64,000 bases of DNA from Rickettsia sp. (lineage in GTDB: Bacteria; Pseudomonadota; Alphaproteobacteria; Rickettsiales; UBA1997): the NCBI GenBank assembly GCA_038131245.1, contig JAYPPA010000005.1, positions 11,904-75,903 on the forward strand, written 5' to 3'. The notes beneath the pieces were generated by a model. The model was given only the letters and a program-made list of their open reading frames with translations, made no database searches and had not been told where the DNA came from. Positions within the stretch are counted from its first letter, which is position 1, and each line of letters opens with the position of its first letter. A program made the position numbers and the translations under genes. Positions 18,287 to 29,286 of the stretch are shown one piece after another.

Positions 18287-18778
18287 ATGTCTGCGATAAT
18301 AAATAGCTTTTTGTTCATTTTTTTTGTTGCTTTTGCATCTGATTGGCTGATTTTTGGCTTTCAAATATCGCATTTGTTGATTATTTTTCTATCAGCCTTG
18401 GCGACAAGCCTAATATGCTATAATTTGCAAATAATCAAGAAAGACGGCGAGCTGAGCTTTCTTTATTTAAATCTATATTCTTTGTTTTTAAAGAAATATT
18501 TTACTGATTTTGTGACGATGGCTCTTTCTTTGCATAAGCCATTTTTCGTTAAATTTGAGCTAAACCCGACATTATTTGAAGTGCAAATAGAAGATCACAA
18601 GAAGATCAACAGGTCGATCCTATGCTCTGCTGTTAATATGTCGCAGGGGTTGCTTGTTTATAGTATTAAAAAAGATATAGCTTTGATATATTGTTTAAAT
18701 GAGTATAATTATACCAGTTTAAATTTTCTTAGATTGACTAAGGATGTAAAGGATATGAATGATAATAGCTTAGTGTAA
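18287..18778 (+). CDS. Hypothetical membrane protein, possibly Mrp/Mnh antiporter subunit E-like
   Basis: It has two N-terminal TM helices. The C-terminal half (SILCSAVNMSQGLLVYSIKKDIALIYCLN) resembles, from memory, the MnhE core (...SLTPGTL...IH.). The stop TAA abuts the ligA ATG. Confidence 0.35.
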   Translation: MSAIINSFLFIFFVAFASDWLIFGFQISHLLIIFLSALATSLICYNLQIIKKDGELSFLYLNLYSLFLKKYFTDFVTMALSLHKPFFVKFELNPTLFEVQIEDHKKINRSILCSAVNMSQGLLVYSIKKDIALIYCLNEYNYTSLNFLRLTKDVKDMNDNSLV

Positions 18779-20967
<2,189 letters not shown>

Positions 20968-20999
20968 TTTGGCTTAAAAATTATAGATAAATAAAAGGG

Positions 21000-22745
21000 A
21001 TGAAAAAAGAAAATAAAAGCCTAAAAAAATACATATTTCAAATAAGCAAACAATATAAGATCTATTTTTTGTCATTATTTGCTATTTCGATTATTGCTTC
21101 GCTTTTTGAAATTTCTGTACATTATAAAATCAAGGAAATCATTGATACTATTGCGGTTGATAAGAATGCTGATTTGAAAATCCTGCTTGGACTTTTTGTT
21201 TTTTACAAATTGATGCATCATGGCATGTTTTTTATCGCAAGATTGCTTGATGTGAAATATAAACCTGGTTTTACAACTCAAATTACTAATGATATTTATC
21301 AAAAAACCATAAAACATTCGCTTCATTGGTTTGATTCGAAAATGTCAGGTGAGATTTCTGATAAAATTAATGGCTTTCAAATTGCCATTACTCACTTGGT
21401 AACATATATTTTTCGAAGTTTTGTTATTTTTTGGGCGATTTTGATCGGAGTAATTTTTATTTATAAGATTCATTATTTAACTGCGTTGATACAATTTGTT
21501 TTTTTGTTGATTTATACGCCAATAATTTGGATTTTACTTAAAAAGCAGTTGAAGCTGAAGAGGTCTTATCAAGCTTCAAGCCAGGAAACTGTTGGGATTA
21601 TTAATGATTCGATGTCAAATATTTTTGGTATAAAGGTTATTGGAAATTTGGCTAGCGAGCTTAAACTGAAGCTAGCGCCTTCACTACTTAAGAAACAGAG
21701 TTGGGATCGTAAAACTCGTGCTTTTGATGCTTACTTTGTAGATAATGCAGACACTTTTATGATGGTTGTGATGTCTGCGGTGCAAATTTACGCTTTAGCG
21801 ACGCTTTATCAGGCGGGGCAGATTACCGCTGGTGGTTTTGCTTTTGTGGCAATGATAATGTTAAAGCTTCATAATGACATAAATTCAATTTTGGATCATA
21901 TTTTGTTTGATATAAACCCTAGAATTGCTGAAGTTAAGGCTTCTTATGAATTTGTTGATGAAGAATATGAGGTTTTGGATCAAGAAAATGCTAAAAATAT
22001 TGGAAAATCTAAAGGGGAGATTGAATTTAAGAAGGTTTTTTTTGCTTATAATGAAATAGATGGTGTTTTGAATAATTTTTCACTTCATATTAAGCCCGGA
22101 GAAAAAATTGGTCTGGTGGGCCATAGTGGAGCCGGGAAATCGACCATTATTAAAAGCTTGGTTCGTTATTTTGATGTAAATTCTGGTGATATTTTAATTG
22201 ATGGTAATGAAATTCGCGAAGTCACGCAAGAAAGCCTTCGTGCCAATATTTCATTCATTCCGCAAGATATCACGATGTTTCATAGATCGATCGCAGAGAA
22301 TCTTCGCATCGCTAAATATAATGCTACTAAGCAGGAAATTGTTGATGCTTGTAAAAAAGCGCAAATCCATGATGATATTTTGAAGATGGCTGATGGCTAT
22401 AAAACAATAGTCGGAGAGCGCGGGGTCAAGCTTTCAGGCGGTCAAAGACAAAGAGTCGCCATTGCTCGGGCAATTCTTAAAGATGCACCGATTTTGATTC
22501 TTGATGAGGCGACTTCTTCGCTTGACTCTAAGACTGAGCGCCTTATTCAAAACAGTCTTGATTTATTAATTAAAGATAAATCGAAAACAGTTATTGCAAT
22601 TGCCCATAGATTGTCTACACTTAAAAATATGGATCGAATTATTGTTATTGATAAAGGTAGAATTGTTGAAGAGGGTACTCATAATGTACTACTTAGAAAT
22701 GACAATTCTTTATATAAAAAACTATGGCAGTTGCAGGAAATATAA
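21000..22745 (+). CDS. ABC exporter, fused permease/ATPase half-transporter (MsbA/Mdl-like)
   Basis: 581 aa with a 6-TM N-terminal domain. It has Walker A GHSGAGKST, signature LSGGQRQR and Walker B ILILDEATS. Confidence 0.85.
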   Translation: MKKENKSLKKYIFQISKQYKIYFLSLFAISIIASLFEISVHYKIKEIIDTIAVDKNADLKILLGLFVFYKLMHHGMFFIARLLDVKYKPGFTTQITNDIYQKTIKHSLHWFDSKMSGEISDKINGFQIAITHLVTYIFRSFVIFWAILIGVIFIYKIHYLTALIQFVFLLIYTPIIWILLKKQLKLKRSYQASSQETVGIINDSMSNIFGIKVIGNLASELKLKLAPSLLKKQSWDRKTRAFDAYFVDNADTFMMVVMSAVQIYALATLYQAGQITAGGFAFVAMIMLKLHNDINSILDHILFDINPRIAEVKASYEFVDEEYEVLDQENAKNIGKSKGEIEFKKVFFAYNEIDGVLNNFSLHIKPGEKIGLVGHSGAGKSTIIKSLVRYFDVNSGDILIDGNEIREVTQESLRANISFIPQDITMFHRSIAENLRIAKYNATKQEIVDACKKAQIHDDILKMADGYKTIVGERGVKLSGGQRQRVAIARAILKDAPILILDEATSSLDSKTERLIQNSLDLLIKDKSKTVIAIAHRLSTLKNMDRIIVIDKGRIVEEGTHNVLLRNDNSLYKKLWQLQEI

Positions 22746-22760
22746 GCAGATTGCGGCTGG

Positions 22761-22796
22761 CTTGCCACGCTGTAGCGAAGCGAAAGCGGGTGGCAG
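22761..22796. repeat. GC-rich hairpin element in the spacer between the two ABC genes
   Basis: In CTTGCCACGCTGTAGCGAAGCGAAAGCGGGTGGCAG, the stem TGCCAC (22763-22768) pairs with GTGGCA (22790-22795) and is extended by GC pairs. Its composition contrasts strongly with the AT-rich surroundings. Confidence 0.6.
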
Positions 22797-22827
22797 TTAC
22801 AAGAGATTTAAAATTAATTTTTTAAAC

Positions 22828-24585
22828 ATGCTAAATGAACAAAAGTTAAAAACAGTAACAATGATGGGGTTTTTATGGTCAGTCATAAAGCCTTATAAAT
22901 GGTGGTATCTTTTGATGATCCAAGCGCCAATTATTGGTTCTTTTTATAAAGTGGTCAATAGTTACGCTGTGAAAATCGTTGTTGATGCTTTTATAGCTAG
23001 CGATAAACCAAAATATGTAGATTTAATTTACCCAGTTTCAGTTTATATCGGTGCAATTATTGTACTTGAGACAGCCTGGCGGATAAGCCACTATTCTTGG
23101 ATGAAATCTCAACCTTTTGTGCGCGCTGATTTAATTAGCAGGACCTACGAGCATGTTTTAAATCATACTTATAAATTCTTCCAAAGTACTCATAGCGGCG
23201 CTATAACTAGTAAAATCAAAGGGGTAGTCAACGGCTATAATAATTTTTGGATGGCTGTTCATCACCGCCTCATTAACCCAACTCTAGAGATTCTTGTGGC
23301 TATTATCGCTTTAGCATTTATCAATATTGAGCTGTTTTTCTTTATGCTTACTTGGTGTTTGGTGTTTTTCCCGATAATGATCAAAATGTCGTTTAAGGTT
23401 AGTAGATTAGCCAAAGTTACCACTGATTCACAGCATAAAGCGATGGGTTTTGTTGCTGATAATATTACGAATATTTTTTCGCTATTTTCCTTTTCTTCAA
23501 GAAAAAGAGAGCTCAAAAAATTAGATAGATTCTTGGCCAACGATACTGCGAAAAAAGACTATGATTGGATAAAATATGATTTAAAAGTGGCATTCGTTGG
23601 AGTGCTATTTAACCTCATAATGCTGTCTTCTTTGTTTGTTTTTATGATTCATTTGCGCCGCACCGGAATAATTTCAGTCGGAGACTTTGTCTTTGTCATG
23701 ACCGTTTCTTACTTCATTGTCGATAATATTTGGCGCGCTTCTTATGAAATTAGTGATTTTCTTGGTAAAATGGGTGACTTTAAATCTTCTTTTGCATTAC
23801 TTGAAGTCCCGCAAGAAGTCGACCATCTAGATGCTAAAAAAATAAAAGTAGAAAAAGGTGACATTTCATTTAAAAATATCTATTTTGGCCATAATAGAGA
23901 CGGCGTTTTTAAAAATTTATCACTTGATATAAAGGCAGGTGAAAAGGTTGGACTGGTTGGTTATTCTGGATCTGGCAAAACTACTTTGATTGGTTTATTA
24001 ATGAAAAATTATATAGCTAAAAAAGGTGATATTACCGTTGACGGACAAAGCATCTATGATGTAAATTCAGATTCACTACGCTCGCAAATTGCCTTAATTC
24101 CACAAGACACCTTGCTGTTTCATCGCTCAATTGGCGAAAATATTGGCTATGCCAAGCCAAAAGCCACAAAAAGACAGATTATTGCGGCTGCGAAAAAAGC
24201 TCATATTCATGAATTTATTTCTTGTCTTGAGGATGGTTATGATACTCTTGTTGGAGAGCGCGGAGTCAAGCTTTCCGGTGGCCAGAGGCAAAGAGTCGCC
24301 ATCGCGCGTGCGATTTTAAAGGATTCGCCGATTTTGATTCTTGATGAAGCCACCTCGGCTCTTGATTCTAAAACGGAAAAAATGATTCAAGGAAGTATTG
24401 ATTCTTTAATTAAGGATAAATCAAAAACTATTATTGCGGTTGCCCATAGGCTTTCGACGCTTAAAAATATGGATCGCATTATTGTTCTTAATAAAGGCAA
24501 GATAATAGAGGAGGGGACTCATGAGCAGCTTCTAAGGAATGAAAAGTCATTATATAGAAAAATATGGCAATTACAAGGTCTATAG
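22828..24585 (+). CDS. ABC exporter, fused permease/ATPase half-transporter (paralogue of the upstream gene)
   Basis: Start trimmed to the ATG at 22828 (MLNEQKLKTVTMMGFLW), because the track ORF from 22594 reads through the previous gene's 3' end and the spacer. It has Walker A GYSGSGKTT, LSGGQRQR and ILILDEATS. The C-terminal ~130 aa are highly similar to the upstream paralogue. Confidence 0.85.
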   Translation: MLNEQKLKTVTMMGFLWSVIKPYKWWYLLMIQAPIIGSFYKVVNSYAVKIVVDAFIASDKPKYVDLIYPVSVYIGAIIVLETAWRISHYSWMKSQPFVRADLISRTYEHVLNHTYKFFQSTHSGAITSKIKGVVNGYNNFWMAVHHRLINPTLEILVAIIALAFINIELFFFMLTWCLVFFPIMIKMSFKVSRLAKVTTDSQHKAMGFVADNITNIFSLFSFSSRKRELKKLDRFLANDTAKKDYDWIKYDLKVAFVGVLFNLIMLSSLFVFMIHLRRTGIISVGDFVFVMTVSYFIVDNIWRASYEISDFLGKMGDFKSSFALLEVPQEVDHLDAKKIKVEKGDISFKNIYFGHNRDGVFKNLSLDIKAGEKVGLVGYSGSGKTTLIGLLMKNYIAKKGDITVDGQSIYDVNSDSLRSQIALIPQDTLLFHRSIGENIGYAKPKATKRQIIAAAKKAHIHEFISCLEDGYDTLVGERGVKLSGGQRQRVAIARAILKDSPILILDEATSALDSKTEKMIQGSIDSLIKDKSKTIIAVAHRLSTLKNMDRIIVLNKGKIIEEGTHEQLLRNEKSLYRKIWQLQGL

Positions 24586-24613
24586 TACTGGCTTTGTAAA
24601 TTTACGATTTTTC

Positions 24614-24642
24614 TTGACAAATCTCTATTGACATGATATGAT
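24614..24642 (+). promoter_or_regulatory. Sigma70-like promoter upstream of the EamA-family gene
   Basis: TTGACA (24614-24619), a 17-nt spacer, then TATGAT (24637-24642). Confidence 0.4.
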
Positions 24643-24705
24643 ATAATTAGGGGTATTTTGTGCCTGAAATTTTTAATTCCTTAAATTATCACAGCTAAAA
24701 AATAG

Positions 24706-25614
24706 ATGGAAGATGTAAAGAATGAAAACCAGCTAGTTGGGATATCGTGGATGATATTTCACACTTTTATTATCTCGGTAATGGTTATTATTGCCAAGAA
24801 GCTTGGGATAATAGGCTATAGCCCTGTACAGATAATATTTTTCAATAGCATTGTTGCGTTTTTTTTGATCCTGCCTTTTGCAATAAAAAAATATGGTTTT
24901 GCAAATATTTTTAAAACCAAAATATTGAATTTACATTTCTATAGAGCCTTTCTTGGTATTATTTCGATGGTTTTATACTATTTTTCTTTAACGCATGTGG
25001 CTTTAAATGACGCTAGGGCTGTGGCTCTTTTATGTCCTGTTATTAGTTTTGTTTTTGGAATTTTTTTGTTAAAAGAAAAGGTTGATAATAAAAAAATCAT
25101 TGCCTTGATTCTTAGCCTTGCTGGTGGTGCGATTATTATTAATCCGGCTTCGCCAAACTTTCATCCAGCATTATTTTTAATTGTTGTGGCGATGTTTATG
25201 TGGTCAACAATAGAAGTGATTATGAAAAAAATCAGCAAAGCAGAATCTGCCGTTAAGCAGCTATTGTTTTTGACTGGATTGATGTCGTTACTTTCTTTGT
25301 TGCCGTCAATTTATTATTGGAAGACGCCAAGCAGCAATCATGAGCTTTATTTGTTGCTTATTATGGGGGTATTGCTTTGTATAAATTCTATTTCAATATT
25401 TTTGGCAATTAAGCATGCTAATTTGACTACAATTATGCCTTTTGATTTTTTTGGCATGATTTTTACCGCGATTTTGACTTATTTTATTTTTGCAGAAATT
25501 ATAACATTTAACACTATGGTTGGTGCTATTGTGGTTTTTGCGTCTAGTTTATATCTAGTATTTCACGAAAGAAAAGTTAGCAAGGCGGCTAGAATTGATA
25601 TTTTAAAGGAGTAA
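24706..25614 (+). CDS. DMT superfamily (EamA-like) transporter
   Basis: 302 aa with about 10 TM helices and a two-fold EamA repeat architecture. Confidence 0.75.
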   Translation: MEDVKNENQLVGISWMIFHTFIISVMVIIAKKLGIIGYSPVQIIFFNSIVAFFLILPFAIKKYGFANIFKTKILNLHFYRAFLGIISMVLYYFSLTHVALNDARAVALLCPVISFVFGIFLLKEKVDNKKIIALILSLAGGAIIINPASPNFHPALFLIVVAMFMWSTIEVIMKKISKAESAVKQLLFLTGLMSLLSLLPSIYYWKTPSSNHELYLLLIMGVLLCINSISIFLAIKHANLTTIMPFDFFGMIFTAILTYFIFAEIITFNTMVGAIVVFASSLYLVFHERKVSKAARIDILKE

Positions 25615-25673
25615 AATGAAAAACATAATTTTAGAAACAAAAAGGCTTTATGCGGTTTAAAATAATTCTAAAA

Positions 25674-25702
25674 GCTAATTAATTAAAATAATTAGCATTT
25701 TT
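25674..25702. terminator. Bidirectional intrinsic terminator between convergent genes
   Basis: The perfect 8-bp stem GCTAATTA (25674-25681)/TAATTAGC (25689-25696) has a 7-nt loop. It is flanked by an A-run upstream and ATTTTT downstream, so either strand reads stem plus U-tract. Confidence 0.5.
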
Positions 25703-25710
25703 GGCCATTT

Positions 25711-25860
25711 TTAAAAATTATTACCTGGATCCATAACTTTATTGAAGTCAGGTTTTTTCTGCCCTCCAGGATATTCCATTTGACCTTTTTTGCCGCAATT
25801 AGCGAGACTAAAGCTTAGGAAAATTAGCAATAGTATTTTTACTGGTTTTGTAAGTTCCAT
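25711..25860 (-). CDS. Small (49 aa) signal-peptide/lipoprotein-like protein, LptM(YifL)-like pattern
   Basis: Not in the ORF track (under 60 aa). Hand translation gives MELTKPVKILLLIFLSFSLANCGKKGQMEYPGGQKKPDFNKVMDPGNNF*. The hydrophobic leader followed by C-G-K-K-G...P resembles the small lipoprotein LptM, although -1 is N, an atypical lipobox. AAGAG lies 4 nt upstream of the ATG. The start overlaps the last 22 nt of tsaD. Confidence 0.5.
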   Translation of the reverse strand: MELTKPVKILLLIFLSFSLANCGKKGQMEYPGGQKKPDFNKVMDPGNNF

Positions 25861-26897
25861 TTTGCTCTTGGTTTAAAATTTAAATCACTTTGAAAGTCAT
25901 TTTTTAATCTTTCAATTCCAGCCCAAGCAATCATCGCAGCATTATCGGTGCATAATTTTAATTCAGGGCTATATAAGGTTATTTTATTTTCATCACACCA
26001 AATTTGCAACTTATTATTGATGTATTTATTAGCAGCAACACCACCAGACAAGACTAATTTATCGATTTTATGAGATTTAAAGTCACAAATTACATTGTCT
26101 AACTTGTCTATTACCACATCAGTGACGGTCTTTTGAAATGAGGCACAAATATCAAATTTATCTTGATTGCTTAATTTTTCATGAGCTTTGGATGTGAAGT
26201 TTTCACCGGTAAGTTCTTCGATTAATCTTCGAACGGCAGTTTTTAAGCCTGAAAACGAGAAATCATAAGGATGTTTAGCCTTGGAAGACCCAAAAGTTAG
26301 CGGCTTTGGAAGTTTAAAGCGATTTTCATCACCATTTTTTGCTAATTTTTCGATTTTTGGACCGCCCGGGTAACTTTCGCCGATCATTTGCGCTGTTTTA
26401 TCAAAACATTCTCCTAAAGCGTCATCAATGGTTTTGCCAATTAGTTCATAAGATGCAAATTCTTTGGCGTATAAAATTTGACAATGCCCTCCTGAAACTA
26501 GTAAGGTTAAGAATGGAAATTCTAGATTGTTTGTGAGGCGAGGGGTTAAAATGTGCCCTTCAAGGTGGTTTACGGCGATGATCGGTTTGTTTAAGGCAAG
26601 AGCTAATGATTTAGCGATCATAACTCCGACGATTAGGCCGCCAATTAGACCTGGTCCGGCTGTGACTGCTATTGCGTCAATATCTTTTAGCTTGAGATTT
26701 GCCTCTTTTAGTGCTTTTTTTATTAATTCTTCAATGACATCGATATGATTTCGAGCAGCAATTTCCGGAACAACTCCGCCAAATTCTTTGTGTATATCAA
26801 TTTGAGAAATAATTAAGTTGCTTAAAATATTTTTTGCATCGTCAACTATTGCTATCGCGGTTTCGTCACAAGATGTTTCAATGCCAAGAACCTTCAT
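25839..26897 (-). CDS. tsaD: tRNA N6-adenosine threonylcarbamoyltransferase
   Basis: 352 aa. MKVLGIETSCDETA, HLEGH and LSGGVAAN are Kae1/TsaD hallmarks. Confidence 0.95.
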   Translation of the reverse strand: MKVLGIETSCDETAIAIVDDAKNILSNLIISQIDIHKEFGGVVPEIAARNHIDVIEELIKKALKEANLKLKDIDAIAVTAGPGLIGGLIVGVMIAKSLALALNKPIIAVNHLEGHILTPRLTNNLEFPFLTLLVSGGHCQILYAKEFASYELIGKTIDDALGECFDKTAQMIGESYPGGPKIEKLAKNGDENRFKLPKPLTFGSSKAKHPYDFSFSGLKTAVRRLIEELTGENFTSKAHEKLSNQDKFDICASFQKTVTDVVIDKLDNVICDFKSHKIDKLVLSGGVAANKYINNKLQIWCDENKITLYSPELKLCTDNAAMIAWAGIERLKNDFQSDLNFKPRAKWNLQNQ

Positions 26898-26903
26898 ATA
26901 TTG

Positions 26904-28376
26904 TTAATGTTGAATATCTAAATTCGAGAATCTAGTGAATTCTGCGTCAAAATATAGCTGGACACTTCCTACTGGGCCGTTTCTTTGCTTGGCGATAATT
27001 ACTTCGGAAACATTTCTGATGGCGTTCATTTTTTCTTGCCATTCTTCGAATTTGGCAACATCTGATTCTGGGGGTTGAGTTCTTTCGTGATAGTAACTTT
27101 CACGGTAAATGAAAGCCACAACATCGGCGTCTTGCTCAATTGATCCAGATTCTCTAAGGTCGGAAAGCTGTGGACGCTTATCTTCTCGTTGCTCAACGGC
27201 GCGGGAAAGCTGTGATAAAGCCATAACGGGAATATTGAATTCTTTGGCAATCGCTTTTAGGCCTTGAGTGATTTCGGAGACTTCTTGAACTCTGCTTTCG
27301 GCTGATTTGGCGCTGCTACCTTTTATAAGCTGTAGATAATCTATCATGATAAGCCCCAGATTGTGTTTTCGAATCATTCTTCTAGTTCTGGTTCGAATTG
27401 CCGAAATAGATAGAGCGGGGGTATCATCAATGAAGAATGGCCATTTTTCAATTTCAGCAGATCTTGCGGCAATTGCTTCCCATTCCATGTCGTTAATATT
27501 ACCAGTTCTAAATTTGGTAGCATTGATACTTGACTCCATGGATAAAATACGGCCAGATAATTGATCAGCAGCCATCTCTAGCGAGAAAAACCCAACTGCT
27601 TTTTTGTCTTTTTCATCTTCGATATCTTTATTGAGGCTTTTACAAGCATTTACCGCCAAGTTAATTGCTAAGGCGGTTTTACCCATTGATGGCCTTCCGG
27701 CTAAAATTATTAAATCTGAGTTTTGCATCCCAGAAAGTATTTTGTCAAGATCAACTAGTCCTGTTGAGACTCCGCTAATGTGGCTATCTCTTTTTCTAGC
27801 AATTAAGGTATTTTCTAATGTTTTTTTCAGGGCGATGGAAATATTATTAAAATCACTTTTAGCCCCGCCTTTATTGGATAGTCCAAATAAAGAGCCTTCT
27901 GCGGCTTCGATTTGTTCGACCCCAGAAGATTTTTCATCAACCTTATAAGCATTATTAACTATGTCTTCTCCGATCATTACAAGCTCTCTTTTTAAGGCAA
28001 AGTCTTGAATTAACCTACCATAGTCAGTAATATTAATGATTGCCGATGCTTGGGCCATTAAAGTAGAAAGGTAATTGGCCCCACCATTAGCCTTAATTGT
28101 TTCGTCGCTTTCAAAAAATTGTTTTAAAGTCACTTTATTTGCAACAACATTGGTTTTTTCAACGTTATGCAGAATTTGTGCGTAAATTTTTTGATGAGCA
28201 GGGTCGTAAAAATGCTCTGGCAGTAGAAATTCTGAGACTCTAGATAAATACTCATTATTTAAAATGATTGTCCCAAGCACAGTTTGTTCAGCCTCAATAT
28301 TCGATAATTCAGACCTTTCTACGAATTGATTATCGTTATCTCCATCTTGTAATATTTCTATTCTTTTGCTTTTCAT
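26904..28376 (-). CDS. dnaB: Replicative DNA helicase
   Basis: 490 aa. It has the N-terminal motif EAEQTVLGTIILNN, Walker A GRPSMGKTA, and IDYLQL and SQLSR motifs. Confidence 0.95.
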   Translation of the reverse strand: MKSKRIEILQDGDNDNQFVERSELSNIEAEQTVLGTIILNNEYLSRVSEFLLPEHFYDPAHQKIYAQILHNVEKTNVVANKVTLKQFFESDETIKANGGANYLSTLMAQASAIINITDYGRLIQDFALKRELVMIGEDIVNNAYKVDEKSSGVEQIEAAEGSLFGLSNKGGAKSDFNNISIALKKTLENTLIARKRDSHISGVSTGLVDLDKILSGMQNSDLIILAGRPSMGKTALAINLAVNACKSLNKDIEDEKDKKAVGFFSLEMAADQLSGRILSMESSINATKFRTGNINDMEWEAIAARSAEIEKWPFFIDDTPALSISAIRTRTRRMIRKHNLGLIMIDYLQLIKGSSAKSAESRVQEVSEITQGLKAIAKEFNIPVMALSQLSRAVEQREDKRPQLSDLRESGSIEQDADVVAFIYRESYYHERTQPPESDVAKFEEWQEKMNAIRNVSEVIIAKQRNGPVGSVQLYFDAEFTRFSNLDIQH

Positions 28377-29174
28377 CTAGTAATTCATTACGGTTTTTAC
28401 TTTACTATATAATTGTGGAGTGGCGCAAGCCAAAAGCTTAATATCCGATCTTAAATCAAGGTCAAAACCTTGCCAATCTCCAACCTTTCCACCAGCTGCT
28501 CTTATTATCGGCAGTAAAGCAGCATAATCATAAACTTGCAAATTTGGCTCAATTACTATATCTAAATAACCTGAAGCCAAAAGGGCGTATGAATAGCAAT
28601 CTCCGCCATAGATTACTCCGCCATATTTTTGATATTTAACCAATTTAGTGATTTTTTCAAATCTTTCCATGTCATAATTATCAAAAAAATAAGGAGAAGT
28701 TGTTGACAAGACTGCGTCTTCAATATTGGTGCAATTTCTGGTTTTGATTGGAGTGTTATTTAGCCAAGCCCCAGAGTTTTCGCTGCCATCATCAATACCA
28801 AGCCATCTTTCACCGTTAATTGGCTGGTTTATAATACCTAGAATTGGTTTATTTTGATATGCAAGGGCAATTAAAGTTCCAAAAGTCGGCCTACCAATGA
28901 TAAAAGAAGAAGTCCCATCAATTGGATCGATTATCCACTTAAACTCAGCATCCTTGTTTTCTACGCCATATTCTTCGCCAATAATTCCATGATTTGGGTA
29001 ATGTCGCTTAATATTTTGTCTAATTACTTCTTCTATCTCTCGATCAGCAAGAGTTACCGGGCTGTTGTCGCTTTTTGCAACTTCGCCATTAGGCATTCTA
29101 TAGTATTTTTTAGCAATATTTTGCGATAAATCAGTAATATGGTGGCAAAATTTGATTAAATTTGTATCAATCAT
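28377..29174 (-). CDS. Inositol monophosphatase family protein, HisN-type histidinol-phosphatase likely
   Basis: 265 aa. It has LADREIEE, WIIDPIDGTSSF and the C-terminal GGDCYSYALLASGYLDIVIE...YDYAALLPIIRAAGG. As I recall, that C-terminal pattern is the HisN subgroup signature. Confidence 0.65.
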   Translation of the reverse strand: MIDTNLIKFCHHITDLSQNIAKKYYRMPNGEVAKSDNSPVTLADREIEEVIRQNIKRHYPNHGIIGEEYGVENKDAEFKWIIDPIDGTSSFIIGRPTFGTLIALAYQNKPILGIINQPINGERWLGIDDGSENSGAWLNNTPIKTRNCTNIEDAVLSTTSPYFFDNYDMERFEKITKLVKYQKYGGVIYGGDCYSYALLASGYLDIVIEPNLQVYDYAALLPIIRAAGGKVGDWQGFDLDLRSDIKLLACATPQLYSKVKTVMNY

Positions 29175-29286
29175 ATGAAAATGTTATTATTTTTACTAAA
29201 AAATTTGATATTTAATTAATAATATAATATAATAAAGTTAATTGCTATAAAAAACTTTAAAGATAATGGTAATTAATTAATATTTT

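Noticed and set aside
22594-22827. 78-codon N-terminal extension of the second ABC transporter ORF
   Set aside because: The extension overlaps the 3' end of the upstream ABC gene in another frame and then reads through the GC-rich palindrome (…AGLPRCSEAKAGGS…). The internal ATG at 22828 gives a normal ABC exporter N-terminus.
24654-24692. 12-codon upstream ORF (GTG, MPEIFNSLNYHS*) with an AGGGG Shine-Dalgarno-like sequence before the EamA gene
   Set aside because: It is too short and uses a GTG start, with no attenuator structure downstream. It cannot be distinguished from chance without conservation data.
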